From Phaeosaccion multiseriatum (lineage: Eukaryota > Protista > Ochrophyta, other classes), in contig OZ218964.1 of the NCBI GenBank assembly GCA_965112735.1, positions 744,001-808,000 on the forward strand: 64,000 nucleotides of DNA. Direction: 5' to 3'. Both the position numbers and the translations under genes were made by a program. Shown piece by piece: positions 46,919 through 59,889 of this stretch. The notes under the pieces are model-generated. The model did no database searches, had not been told where the DNA came from, and worked only from the letters and a program-made list of their open reading frames with translations. The first letter of the stretch is position 1; each line of letters begins with the position of its first letter.

Positions 46919-49507
46919 TTATTGCCGTTCGTCTCGCCTGCTTCTCAGCGCCGACAAGGTATCCTTGGCAGCCTCCACAGCAGCAACAGATGTCGGGCGA
47001 GAGGAGGAGGACAACGACAGAAGGGAGCCCAGACCCCCCTCGGGGCCATCTCCTACCCTGCTGTCAAGCCTGCTCGCCACGCCACCGCCACCGCCACCGC
47101 CCCCGCCCCGGGTCGTGCGAGCATTGCGAGCGTTTCGCTCAACACCACCACCATCATCGTCATCATCATCACTCGAGCTCTTGCCCTTGCCCTTGCTCTT
47201 GCTTCCCTCTCTGAGCCTGGCCAGGATGCTCTTGGCCTCTGCCTCACATTCATCGTCAAACACCCGCTCGGTGGGCCGCTGCTTACGTCGAGAAGGCCGG
47301 GAGGATGATGGCGCTGCTGCTGTATCACCAACTGCTGCTGCTGCTGCTGCTGCGGGCGACGGGGAAGGTGACGAGGATTGCACTTTCCGCTTCGCCTTCA
47401 ACCCGGGTCTCCTCCGCGGTCCACTCTCTAGCTCCCTCTCCCCCCCCGTATCAACGTCGTCCTCATCATTCTCATCGTCAGCCTTGTTTAGCATCATCAT
47501 CCTCCTCTCCCTTCTGCTGCCCCAGCCCCCAGCAGTTCCCTTGCTGCTTCCGACGTCATCACCAACGCCCTCCTCACCATCTCCTCCGTCACCGTCCCCA
47601 TCATATTCCTCTGATTCGGTAGCAGTAGCAGTAGCAGTTGGTGATACTGTAGCACCTGTAGCAGCACGCGCACGAGCCCCCTTCCCTTTCTGGAGACGCT
47701 GTCGCCGCGATGAGGCTGCTGATGCCGGCCTGCTGAGCCTGCTGGGCCCCCTGGGGGCGTCGTCCCGAGACTCAGGGGGGGAGGAACTGCCCGCAGGGGC
47801 CATTCGCCGCTGACGCTTCCTCTGCGTGGCGGACACTCCCTGCCCCCCGGGAAGAGAAGGTGCCGGAGAGCCCTGCCGCACCCCCTCTTCCTGCTCTAGT
47901 TCCCCCCCTTCATTCCCCATCTCTCGCCCCTCACTCTCTTCCTCCTCCTCCTCCTCCTTCTCCTCCTCCTCCTCCTCCTCCTCCTCATCTGATTCTCCTT
48001 CTCCTCGTCCTCCTCCTGTCCCTCCTCCTTCCCCTTCCCCTTCTTCTTCTTCTTCTTCCTCCGAGTCCGACAAGAGGTCCCAGTCGTCATCATCGTAGCC
48101 CGCCGCCCGAGCCCTCCTCTTCTTCAGACCGAAGCTCACGCTGAACCGCCCTCCCACGCCCCCTCCTCCTGTTCTCGCCTTGCGACTGGCCTTCCTCCCC
48201 CCCCCAGCCGCCACTGCTTCGCCCCTCCCCTCCGATGCAGAAGGAGGAGTCCCTTGCCCGCGTTTCCATCCGAGTCCCGCGATCCCTCCGAGCCCTCCGA
48301 GCCCAGTCCCTTTACCCTTTCCTTTCCGCCCCTCACTCTGGTGCTCACGGTCATCCTCATCATCACCCCCACCTTCCTCCTGCTGATCCTCCTCCTCTGC
48401 CTCTTGTCGCCCAAGGTCCACTTGCGGGGTTTCTTTTCCCTCTCCTTCTCCTTCTTCTGGGAAGGTGCTGGAGTCTGCCCCTCCGCTGCCTGAGTACTCG
48501 CCAATGGCATGTCGCCGCATGAAGCCCTCAGTCAGACGAGCGTACTTGTCCACAGGCCCGTCCCTGAGGGACACTGCCTCCATCTCTTGCAGGTCCTCCT
48601 TCCTCCTGTCCTTGGCCGTCGTTGAGATGAAGTCATCGTATGTGACCCCTTGTCCTTCCGGAACAAGCCGGGGGCCCCTTCTGTTTGGCCCCTCTTGTTC
48701 TACATCGCCCCCCAAGCCCGGGATGAGAGTTGCCAGCAAGCCAAAGCAGTAGGCCAGCAGAGCACGGAGGGGAGTGGGGCAGTACAGCTTGAGAACCTAT
48801 CACGGGGGAGGACGAGACCACATGGTAGCAGCAGCAGCAAAAGCAGCAGCAGGACGGAGAAAGGAAGAAGGCAAGAGGAGGGCGTTTAGAAGGGGGGGGA
48901 AGCGGGGACCAGTAAACACACATGCAAACAGTGAATACAGGTGAAAGTTCACTTGGAGATTAACGTGCGCTATTTCGCAAGCCATCTGAGTCACCCACCC
49001 CACGATTGCGCGCCGCACCTGATAGAACACCATGGCGTAGGCCAGCAAGTATCGCCCGGGCGTGGACCGCACCAGTTGCTGGTACACCCGGGGAGGGGGG
49101 AGCTGAGGCAGTGGCCGCTGTGGAGGCTCAGGCGGGAGGGTGGAGGGTGCTTCCGTCTTCTCCCCTGCCGCCTGGTCTCTACCATCTACCGGTGCTGCGG
49201 AAGGCGTCGATGCTGATGCGCCAGAGCCTCCCTCACTGGCCCGCTTTTTCGCTCCAGCCGGCTTCTTCTTGCGTGCTGCTGCTGGTACCTTCTTCCGTCG
49301 AGGTCCAGTTGAGGCTGCTGCCGCCCCTGCGCCGCCTCTGACCTTCGAAGCTCCTTCAAAGGCCCGCGTTCCTGCTCCTGATGCCCTCGCCTCTTGCTCC
49401 CTTTCTAATCTTACCGCCCCTGCCGTAAGAAGCGGACCTCGCGGATCTTCTGCTCTGGCCCCTGCCGCTGCACAGAGCAGGATGGCCAGTTCTGTGGGCC
49501 TTCCCAT
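46919..49507 (-). CDS. Hypothetical low-complexity protein with a signal-like N-terminus and hydrophobic segment, at least 2 exons
   Basis: ORFs 48800-49507 (MGRPTELAILLCAAAGARA, YLLAYAMVFYQ|gt) and 46919-48739. Confidence 0.55.
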
Positions 49508-49620
49508 CCGTAAGCCTTCTTCAATTAGAGGTCGTGAGGTGAAAGTCGAGGGGAGGAAAAGATCCGGCAGTATGTCAATGAGAGGGGATGGCCGACCTCC
49601 TTCTCTCTCTCTCTAGTCAC

Positions 49621-51789
49621 ATGCTTCTTGCAGGGCTTGTCGCCCTGCTCTCTGTGGTAGAGGCTACCGGGCTGCTACTACTGCCGCGCGGAAGTAGCGT
49701 AGGATTCTCTGAGCGCTCGAGAATCGCGTTGGCAGCCCAGCCCCAGCTCGAGGTGGCACGGGCGGATAAAGACGACAAAATTAAACGACGGCCGCCTGTG
49801 GTTCGTGTGCGCGTGGACCGTCTGCTGCTGATGTCCTCCTTGGTGGATAGCAGGGAAGAGGCGCTTGAGCTGATTGCTGAGGGACGCGTGGCGGACTGCA
49901 ATGGTGAGCTTATCACGCGAGCGACTGCCCGCGTGGATGCCAACGACAGCCCACTCCTGGTCGATGAGCGGCCCCTTCCCCCCCTTCCCGCACCAGTCTA
50001 CGTTCTTCTCAACAAGCCCATCAATGTCATCACCACGATGACCACCGATCCGAGCGCCAGTCGACGGCGTCGAGGTCTTTCAATGCCAACGGTGATGGAC
50101 ACCGTCCGCGCTTTTGAGACCCAACTGAATGGAAACACACCTCTCCCCAGGATCTTTCCCGTGGTACGCAAATTCAAAGCCTTCAGCCCTCTTGGAGGGA
50201 GGGGCACTCATGATCTGCCCTTCCCATAACTTTGCCTTTTCGGGCGGGGGGGGTCCTTGTTTCTTCATGGCCATGACCCGTCTGTCTGCCTGCCTGTCTG
50301 CCTCTCCTGCTGCCCCCCCCCCCCCCCCCCATCGTGCGCAGGGGAGGCTAGATGCGGACAGCGAGGGCCTCCTTCTCCTCACCAACGACGGAGCGCTGTG
50401 TAGTCTCCTGTGCGACCCTGCCCACCGCATATCAAAGACCTACTTAGTCAAGGTCGTCGCAAGGAGCACGCAAGGGTAAGGGGACCATTACGCATTCCAT
50501 CCACCTTCCCTTTTCCTCTTTCTGTAGATAGGTATATGTGGGACAACCAGATGGGGGGGTGGGGGGGTAGGATTGATGCTCGTTATAGGATGGCGCTCTG
50601 CACCTCAAAAAGGGGGACAACATATGCATTCCATTCACCTGCCCTCCTCCTCCTCCGCTTCTTAGGTAGGTAGATAGGTAGGTAGCCACACCGCCCTTCC
50701 GATGGACATGTGTGTGTGTGTGCCTCATTCATTGATCAATCCTCCTACCTGTCACGGTTCCAGTCAGCAGAGGCCTCAGCCGCTAGGAGCAGCACACCCA
50801 GAGCCTTGGGCGAAGCTGACGGAAGGTGTGACGATGCGGGATGGAGAATACGCCCAGGCTGTTGAGGCGCGACCGATTCGTAAGTACCATACTCTTTTGG
50901 TGGAAGGGTGGGAGGGGGGCAAAGCAGGGCTTGGAATGAAGGGCTGGGTGCATGTGTGGGCGGAGGCCCTCACTCTTTTTGCTGCTCTGGCTGGCACGGC
51001 TGACTTCGCTGTCCTTGCTGATGCTGTATCACCAACTGCTGCTACTACCGATGGCGGATACATAGGCTCACGTCAAGAGCTGGAGGGGCATACAGGCATG
51101 TACGGAGAGCTCTTTGACGGCAGTAGTCACAGCAGTGGCAATGATGCATCATCATCATCGTCCTACAGAGGCCCGCCGCCGCTTGTGGGGCTTATCGTCA
51201 TGCAGGAGGGCAAGAGACGAGAGGTGTGTGCGTGTGCATGTGTTAGATATATAGTAGGGACACGGTAGGAGGGCGAGGGTTGAGCGGCGACAAGTTGCGT
51301 GCGTGACCACCACCTTCATCGTGTATCCTATCGTATCTTTTTTACGGCCGGCGCGCGCGCATTTGACAACTTCGGTACTTCAGCAAAGAATACAAGTAGT
51401 GTTCCTCCCGAACAAGCCATGCCTACCTCCTTGCTAAGGTCCTCCTCTTGTCTGTTGGTCCCTGGCTCTGTGCCGCTGCCTACCCCTGTCCTGTGCGTAC
51501 GTACGTGCGTGCGTGCGTGCGTGCGTTGCCTTACGTGGGCGCTCTTCAGGTGAGGAGGATGCTTGACGCTGTGGGCTTCCGAACCGAGCGTCTTATACGG
51601 GTGCGAATCGGAGGCCTCCAGGACGACTCCCTTCCCTCGGGGGCATGCAGGCATCTTACGCCAGAGGAGGTGGAAGGGCTGAAAGGGGTGATGCGGGAGG
51701 GCAGCGGCGCCGGGTACGGGAGCAAAAGCCACCGCATAGACTCCTTCTACGACGGGAAGCGGTGGCACTCGCTCTTTGCCGTCGACTGA
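49621..51789 (+). CDS. RsuA/RluB-family pseudouridine synthase with S4 domain, organelle-targeted, multi-exon
   Basis: [70 protein letters not shown]...RLIRVRIG. Confidence 0.9.
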
Positions 51790-52009
51790 ATCAATAAACA
51801 GCACTGGAGCACCCTTCGCTGCCGGAAGAGAATGAATGGCGAGGGAGGGAGGGAGGGAGGGAGGGAGGGAGGGAGGGAGGGAGGGAGGGAGGGAGGGAGG
51901 GTGATGATGGCTGGTGCCATTGGGGTGGTGCCGTGGTTCCTTTCCCCAAGCAGGCTCAGACCACCAATCAGACTGCCCGGCGCGTGAGTGTCCTGACGTC
52001 TGACTTCGG

Positions 52010-52965
52010 CTCCAGGCAGGGCTTCTCGGGCTCCGAACTTCTGGGCCAAAGCCCCCTCCAGGGTTCGGGCTTCTGGCCGCAGGCCAGCGCGGGTTTCTGG
52101 CCCCAGGCCAGTGGTCTGGGCTTCAGGCTTCTCAGGGGGGGGGGGAGAGATTATGCAGGCTTCTGGCCGGAGGCCAGCCCCGGCTTTTTGCTTTCGGCCG
52201 CAGGCCGCCTCAGGCTTCTGCTTATCGGGGGGCCAGAGAAGCCCTGCCTGGAGCCGACTGACTGACTCTGTCCTTACAGAAGAACGACAGTCCTGACACT
52301 GAGGAGAATGACCGTCCTCCCTCGGAACACCCCGTAGGGCCTGGACTGGTGGCTGGTGGTGACGTAAGTGCCCCTCAAACCAGCGGCAACAGTTGGTGAC
52401 ACAGCAGCAGGCAGCAGCAGTGCACTAGTGACGCTGACTGATGACTTGCGGTTGCAGGGGAGACGCCGTACAGCTGATGGCCAATAGCCTCTTCCTAACA
52501 TGTCAGTTTTCAGGGGGAGGATGACGAGTCCACGAGTCTACGAGGGCTGGGGTCGCTGGGGTCAGCGCGCACGAGGGGATCGAAGGGGAGGCAACGCCCT
52601 GGGCCAGGGACTAAAGGGATCGGCCCCTGACATGCTTCTGAGGCGACCCTGGTTCCTGCTTCTGGCCGGCGCCAGCCGGCCTGGGTCCTGCTTCTGGTCG
52701 GCGCCAGCCGGCCAGGCAGGTTCCAGGTTCTGGGGGAAAGCCATGTACTAAGGCAATGATGAAGGCCAAGGTTGGTTCCTGCTTTTGGCCGGCGCCAGCC
52801 GGCCTGGTTGTTTTGGCTGGCCTGTCTCAGAAGCATGTCAGGTCATACCCCTGACACGCTATCGCCCACTTTCTCGATAGCGCGCTATCGGTCCCCGGGG
52901 GGCCCGATAGCGGATAGCGCGCCGGCTGGCGATAGCGGATAGGGTGCCGGCTGGCACCGGCCGAA
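52010..52965. repeat. Intergenic CCGG-rich repeat complex including a ~217-bp MITE-like unit (17-bp inverted repeats 52626-52642 / 52826-52842)
   Basis: Inverted pair cctgacatgcttctgag / ctcagaagcatgtcagg. Internal repeats of ggccggcgccagccggcc. Degenerate ggcttctggccgcaggccagc units at 52065-52250. Confidence 0.7.
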
Positions 52966-53183
52966 AAAATAAGGGAAGAAAGTCGAGCTCGGCCTCTAAA
53001 CTAAAACTGAAACTGAATCCCTCCCGCACAGTTGGATGAGCTCCCGCCTCTTTTTTTCTTTTTCCTTTCTCCCTCTGCACAACTGCCGTGTGTTACTGCT
53101 GTCGCCTCTGTTCTTTGTATACTTTAGCCGCGTTTCTTTTGCATACCTTGAACACTATATAAGGAGGGAGGAAGGGTGGAAAA

Positions 53184-54793
53184 ATGCCTCCTTCCGTGCA
53201 AATTGAGCAGCAAGAGAAGGAGGAGGAGCAGCAGACCCAGGGGATTGCTGGAGTCATATGGGATCTCGACGGCACCTTGCTCGATACGGAGCAGCTCTCG
53301 TCACAGGCAAGCCCAGCTCTTAGTCCTCTGTGCGATTGTCGTAGCATTTCTTTCTCCCTCTCCCTCTGGGGACTGACCAATCATGTGCGCAATCCGACCG
53401 TCTCGTCGTGAAGCAGGGGATCCAAGAGGTTGTTGGGCCGTTAGGGGCAACTTTTGATTGGGAGACAAAGAAGAAGATACTCGGCACACGTGCAGAGACG
53501 TGGACGAGAATAGTGATCCAAGACCTTGGGCTAGAGGGGAAGATCACGCCTTTGGAGATGGAGAAGCAGTGGGAGGAGCATCTGCACAAGCTCACGCCTG
53601 GTGTGGTCAAGTGCAAGGGGGCGGAGCGGCTGACGAAGGAGCTTCACGCCAGGGGGGTACCTCAGGTCAGTCAGTCTACATAGAGGCTTGACTTCCCCAC
53701 GGAGCTCCTCGCCCCCTCTTTCCCCTTTCCCATTCTTCACCACCCGGTGAAGAATAGTAGCTCACTTCTCACTTGAATTCGTTCCATCTCCCTCTTCCTC
53801 CACTCTGTACCTCCCCGGCCACTCACTTGGAGATAACTTGGCCCTGGAGATTGGCGGACTTGACCCTCCTGTCACAGAGTCACTGACCGCACGCCTCACT
53901 CCTCCCTTCTCCCGCTCAGGGCATTGCCACATCTTGTAGCCAAGGCTCCATGACCATCAAACGAGGCCCTCACGAGGTAGGGAGGGGACCCGCGCTCTCA
54001 AGTGGTTGACCTTCGCGTAGGCCTGCTTGTCCCGCCCGAGCCGTCTGCTTACTGGAGGCTTGCGGTGCTTGACTCGTCGGCCTATCGCCTGTCCTTACGC
54101 ACAGCACACCCTCCCTCCCTCCCTCCCTCCTCATCTCTCTCTCTCCCTCTCTCATTGGTAACCCCACGGCCCTCACCCCCCGCGTGGCGTGTTGGGGCAG
54201 GACATGTTCGGCCTTATGCGGTGCATTGTAACCGGAGACGACCCCGCGGTGCTCAAAGGAAAGCCGTCGCCAGACATCTATATCCTGGCCGCGCAAAGGA
54301 TGGGGTTGGAGCCCAAGCAGGTGAGCAGGGGCCAGGGGGGGGGGCTGAGGTGGAGACAGGCAAGCAGCAAGTAAGATTGGCATATTCTCGCTTTCTTGCG
54401 CATTGTCGTCATCAGCCACACAAGTCACGAATTCGTGACACGACTGCTCGTGGTGCCTCCCCCTCCTTGCTCTGAAAAGCAATGCGAGGACATGACATCA
54501 GCACGCGATGGAACACATTCACAGGCATACATACATGCCCGCTCATGAGACACTACCCCACCCCCATGCAGTGTTTGGTTTTCGAAGACGCCTTGTCGGG
54601 GGTGCAAGCCGCAGCTGCGGCGGGGATGAGAGTTGTGGCCGTCCCCGACCAAAGGCTCGACTCGGAGACCTTCATGGCGGCAGGGGCAAGCCTTGTCCTT
54701 GGCAGCCTCGACGACTTTGATGCCAGTGCAGTGGCCTTCTCCCCTCTGTCACAGTGCCTGGTGAATGGGAATGGAACAGCGACTGGCAACGAC

Positions 54794-54802
<9 letters not shown>
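53184..54802 (+). CDS. HAD-superfamily phosphatase, HDHD1/PUDP (pseudouridine-5'-phosphatase)/GPP-like, multi-exon
   Basis: VIWDLDGTLLDTE, IATS, GDDPAVLKGKPSPDIY, CLVFEDALSGVQAA.AAGM. First intron is GC-AG (53307-53416). Confidence 0.88.
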
Positions 54803-54837
<35 letters not shown>

Positions 54838-55709
54838 GTCATGATGATGGTGGTGGTGGCGCTGACGGAGGTGGTGATCTCTGCGTGTTGTCCACTCCGA
54901 GAAGATCTGAGGCGAGAGACGCTCGGGACAGCGACTTGAGTGAGAAGGGCGGGTGCGGCGTGCGGCGTGCTACCCTTGAATTGAGGCCCACGCGACTTGG
55001 GGGCGCTCTCCCAGCGGCCGGCCCCTCTCCTTTCTTCGAGAGTCTTGCTTCTACTGTGCGACTAGACTCTCTTTCTCCGAGGCGTCGCTGCTCCTGCCGC
55101 ATGCTGCATGGGTCAGGCCGTGCCCCCGGTGGTGGCGGAGAGGCGAGGGTGTGTGCAGGCAGACAGGCGGCTTTGGCCTGACACGGCCACCACTCGCCGC
55201 TCTGCTACTGCTTCTGCTGCTGCTACTGCTATTGCTGGTGCTCTCGTAGTTGTTGCCTGTGCCGTGAGCACTGCTCGCCGCGGGCTGGCGAGGCCGTGTC
55301 ATAGGCCGCTGTGGAGAAGGGGGGGGGGGGGAATGCGTAGGGGCTCCCTGCTTCAGAGTCTTCGTTCGAGGCTCTACCCACCCCAGATGGCGGGAGCGTG
55401 TGGTAATGCGGAGTTGGGCTTGTGGAGAGGGCGGAGAGAAAGAACGACGCAGCCCTTTCAACCCTTCTCATCCAAGGACCACTCTTCTGACAACACTTCT
55501 TGTGAACATATTGTTTGTTTTAAAATTTAAAGAAGGTTCACAGCGATAAGCATCCGTGTAGATATGCTTTTTTTATTCTGCGTCGTGTGTGCTAAAGCAG
55601 GACCCCACCAAGAAGCCAAGAAGAAGAAAAAAAAGTCAATAAAAAAAGTATGTCAATTAACGGCCCGGGGGCTCCCTTACCCAGGGCCGGCCTTCCCTCC
55701 CCTCTTTCC

Positions 55710-55745
<36 letters not shown>

Positions 55746-55793
55746 CAACCCTATGCCGCTAGTCATTGCGTATTGACGGTATTGGGGCGAACA

Positions 55794-57518
55794 TGACGGA
55801 GTTCAAGAGGGCGGTGTTGGAGATGGAGAGAATGTCTGCTCTGCTGGATGAGCTGCAGGGGCTGGGGGACGAGGAGGGGCGCGGAGAAGACTCCATGCCT
55901 GCGCCGGACAAGCTGGAGCGCCTTGGAGAGGTCAAGCAAAGCCTCTCGGAGGGCGGCGAGATGAGCGCCAAGATCGCCAAGTTTGAGAAGAGGCTGACCG
56001 AGAAGGACCCCGTGTCGGGCGCTCTACGGTGAGGCAGGAGGCAGACAGGGCAGAGCTCGCCGTCTGTTTTGTCGGAAGGAGGATTGGGGATGAGATGTGA
56101 GAGGAAGGGGAAGGAGGGCGAAAGAAGTGTTGGGGTGTAGGGGCCGGGGCGTGAGATATGTGGAGCATTTATGTCTCAGGACACGCTAGGATGGCCATCT
56201 GAGACGCGTCCTTGTCGCTCAACACCTCTGCACTCCCCCCCCCCCCCCTCCACCCAAAGGTACGGAGAAGGCATGCGGAGCAAGGTCTCCGACCTCGTGA
56301 TGTTGCACCAGATCATGTTGCAGCGCCTTCCTCAGTTGGAGGAGCTCGTGCAGGAGGAACTGCAGGGCCACCGGCAGCGGGAAGCCAAGCAGACGGAGGA
56401 GGAGAGGAAGCTCAAGAGGTGCGTGGGGGGAGGAAGGACGGAGAGGCTGGTGCTGCAGTTGCATGAGAGAGTGGGTAGAAAAATGGACGCTGCGGGACTG
56501 CCAATTCATCATAGAAGAAGAGAAGAGGGAAGACGTACTGGCGGAATCTTGTCGAGAGGGCGGGGAGGCATGGTGGGACCCACAGCGACCACCCGCTCCG
56601 CCTCCTTTCTGTCGCTGCTTATGTTTGTGCCACCTCAGACAGCAGCAGCGGGAGGAGGAGGCGAAAGCGCGAGCTCAGCTGGAGAAGGAGGCCCAGGAGA
56701 GGCGCGAGCAGGCTCGACAGGAGGGCCTCATGTCCGCCAAGAGAGAGCGGCTGGCCAAGCTGGCCTCTGAGAGCAGGGAGGAGAAGGAGAAGAAGAGGCT
56801 GGAGGAGGAGCGGCAGCAGGTCGTGGACAGGCAGCAGCGCGAGAGAGAGGCTGGGGAGATGCGCTCCAGCGCCCCGGTCGGAGTGGCGGGGGTGGAGTAC
56901 GCCCTGCGGCGGCTTGAGGAGGACATGCAGCAGCAAGGTGGCGATGCGCTGAAACGAGAGGTCATAGCTCGGTGCATGCGGGTGCTGGATAATATCATGA
57001 AGCACCCTGAGGAGCCCTTGTACAAGAAAATACGGCTCGAGAACGAGGTGAGAGTGGTGGGGGAGTGGGAGGTGGGAGGGGAGAGACGAGAGTGGAGTAG
57101 GAGGAGGGCTGGGTGGGGAGGCGGGCTCCTCTTCTTTCGAAGATTTATATCATGATGACACTCAGCCCCAGCTTTCCTTCTTTACAAATGAAGACACCTT
57201 TCTGTTGGCTGTCATCATTGTGAAAGCTCTACCCCTCATGGGGGAAGTCCCGCTTACCCGGTGACTCACTACGTATTTTCAACCCCTCTCCTCCATCCTG
57301 ACATGACGTGACAGTCCTTCCAAGAGGCGATTGGGCAGTACGAAGCCGCAGTGTCTGTTCTCATGGCCGCGGGGTTCGAGATGGCAGTGGAGGAGGGCTG
57401 CAACGTGCTCGTGATGAGGGAGCCCGACCTTGCGGAGCAGATGGACGAGTGGACGGAGTGGTACGACACGCTCAAGGCGGTGGTGGCGGTTATGAAGGTG
57501 CAAGCGAATGGGGGCTGA
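55794..57518 (+). CDS. Coiled-coil + PUB (p97-binding) domain protein, 4 exons
   Basis: VLDNIMKHPEEPLYKKIRLEN / SFQEAIG...VLMAAGF. Confidence 0.8.
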
Positions 57519-58347
57519 AGGGTGCGGAGAGAGAGAGAGAGAGAGAGAGACAAGAGAGACAGAGAGAGCGCGCACGGGAGAGAGCAAGGGACGGGACCAG
57601 CTCCCGCGCACACGTTCCGGGGGCTACAGGCACGTATTCGGCACAGTCGCACAGGGAAGGTTGGAACTCCTCGACGCGAATTCAAACTCAGCCTCTGCTG
57701 CCACCTTTCCAGCAACGTACTCGAATTCAGCATCATTCCTGTGCTTCCTCCAAGACGCACGGCCGGCAGCATTTGGCATTTGGGCCCAAGCCGGCCAGAG
57801 AAACAGCTCCAGTCTGCCTGATGACCAGGTGCGCTGGGGGCCGTCTAAGGCAGGCAGCGGCCGGAGGGAGGCACTGCAGGCCTCCACTACTTGGACTTCA
57901 CCCGCGGGCAGCGCGAAGCAGGCAAGAAGCACCAGAGATCACCCCCGTGCCAGGCTGGAGAGGAGGGGCAGGGCTGCTCCAGTGTCGTGTCCCAGCCAGA
58001 GAGCCCCGAGGCTGCTTCTAGGGTTGGCGTTTCATCTGAACCCGCTCTCTGGGTGCTTCAGTCACGACCTCCTCGGGCTGGCGGAACGCGGCAAGATGGG
58101 CATGTCTAACAGCATTATTCGAGCCCGTGGCCGTCCCCTTACCCCTGGAATGCAATTCGTCAAAGGCACGCTGTGACATGAAAAGCACATGAAAAGCCCG
58201 TGAGCGGTCCCACAGACCCCAGCATTTCAAAAGAAAAGTCAACAAACCTTTCGTTTGATCCATTTTTACGCCCACCGCGGCCCAGCACATGGCGCCACAG
58301 CCCATGCTTACTTGCCAAATCTTGAGATTCTTCCTTACTACACTTGA

Positions 58348-59109
58348 ATGCAAGGGCATGGTAAGCCTATTCAGGCGCCCATGTTGCTTACTCAGGGGAA
58401 GGCGCCAGTCGTGGAGGGACAGATCGTCCCGGCGGGTACGCCACCAATGGCGGTAGAACATTCTGCGCCAAGGCTGTGCTTTGCCAAGAAGGAATCTGCA
58501 GATAGTCTGAGCGTGAAGAGGCGAAGGGAGGTCCTTGCTCAGGGCAGCGTGGAGGACACCTTCAAGGCGCGTCGATGTAGCGGGATCTTCGTTGGCTCAA
58601 AGAGGCGGCAAGCTGCACCCACGGGAAGAGGCCATGGATGGGATGGAAGTGCATCACCTTTGGGGTTGTGGCACCAGCAAGAGCAGCAGAAGGAGGAGGG
58701 GCTGCAAGACCAACAACAGCAACGACAGCAATGCCAACTACAAAAACAAGAAAAACACCGAGGGAGAGCAGTGCAACTCCAGCAGCAGTTGTCTCTTCCG
58801 CCACCGCTCGTGGTCGCACGACGAACGTGTATCTCTCTCGACACGGACTTGTTCCTGCTCCCCTCGACGGCCAGCCCCTTGATGGATGGAGAGCTGGAGG
58901 CATGGGGGAAGCACTTTGCTGGTACGGCCTGGCCCTGCGGGACAATGGCGCCTTCAGCACCCAGATGTACAAGAAGCCAAAGCAGCATCTCCGACAAGTC
59001 CTTCTTTGGGAGAGATGACGAGGATGATGTCGCCATGGTGGAATCGGACGAGTGCGACGACGCGCTGACAGCCTTGAGGAAGAGGGGAAGGGCGTCTTAC
59101 TGCTGGTGA
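58348..59109 (+). CDS. Hypothetical protein
   Basis: 253-codon ORF with a Q-rich middle and no recognised domain. Confidence 0.35.
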   Translation: MQGHGKPIQAPMLLTQGKAPVVEGQIVPAGTPPMAVEHSAPRLCFAKKESADSLSVKRRREVLAQGSVEDTFKARRCSGIFVGSKRRQAAPTGRGHGWDGSASPLGLWHQQEQQKEEGLQDQQQQRQQCQLQKQEKHRGRAVQLQQQLSLPPPLVVARRTCISLDTDLFLLPSTASPLMDGELEAWGKHFAGTAWPCGTMAPSAPRCTRSQSSISDKSFFGRDDEDDVAMVESDECDDALTALRKRGRASYCW

Positions 59110-59889
59110 GCCGGGTCCCGGCCGAATGTGCAACCTCTCGTTATTTATGCCCCCATTGGCCATCGAACGAGGAGCCCTGGCCGGCTAGCGCACCGAACTT
59201 CTTGCTTCGCCCCTTAGCTACGAGCGACGACAAGTTGTGTGTGGCATTAGATCTTACAGCAACTTGGAACGACGCTCTCGCGTGGTGGCGCCCACGACCA
59301 CTGGAGGGAAGGAAGGCGAGCAAGTGCGAGCGAGAGGACTTTATAGCGAGGCGTCTTGGACACGACCTCATCGCTCGCTTGGCGGGTGCCACAACAACAA
59401 AGGAAGGGAGGGGAGAGGGGTGCACAAGACGAAAAAAACCGCAGTTCATGAGCGACACGTTCGTCGCTCAGGTACTTGGCGGATGTATGCTTTGTACACA
59501 GAGAGGTAGAGAGAGACAGACAGACACACATACACACATTGAGAGAGACAGAGACAGAGAGAGGCAGAGAGAGATATAGAGAGGAAGAGAGAGGAGGGAG
59601 AGAGGGATTATATATTATATTGATTACAACTTCTGGCCTGGGTCGCCTCAGAACCCTGTCAGGGGCCGAAACCTAAGAGTTACGAACGTACGTGTGTGTG
59701 TGTGTGAGGGAGAGAGAGAGAGGAGGGGGGGGGACAAGGGGAGGAAACAGAGGCTATAGGATAGTAAGAGGAGAGGAAGGAGAAGGGAGAGGAAGGAAAA
59801 AGAAAATAGATATTAATTGTCAGTTTCAGCTTTCCCGCCCGCGTGAGTCACGCCGAAAGACAACACATAGAAGAGAAAAGGGGTGGGTA

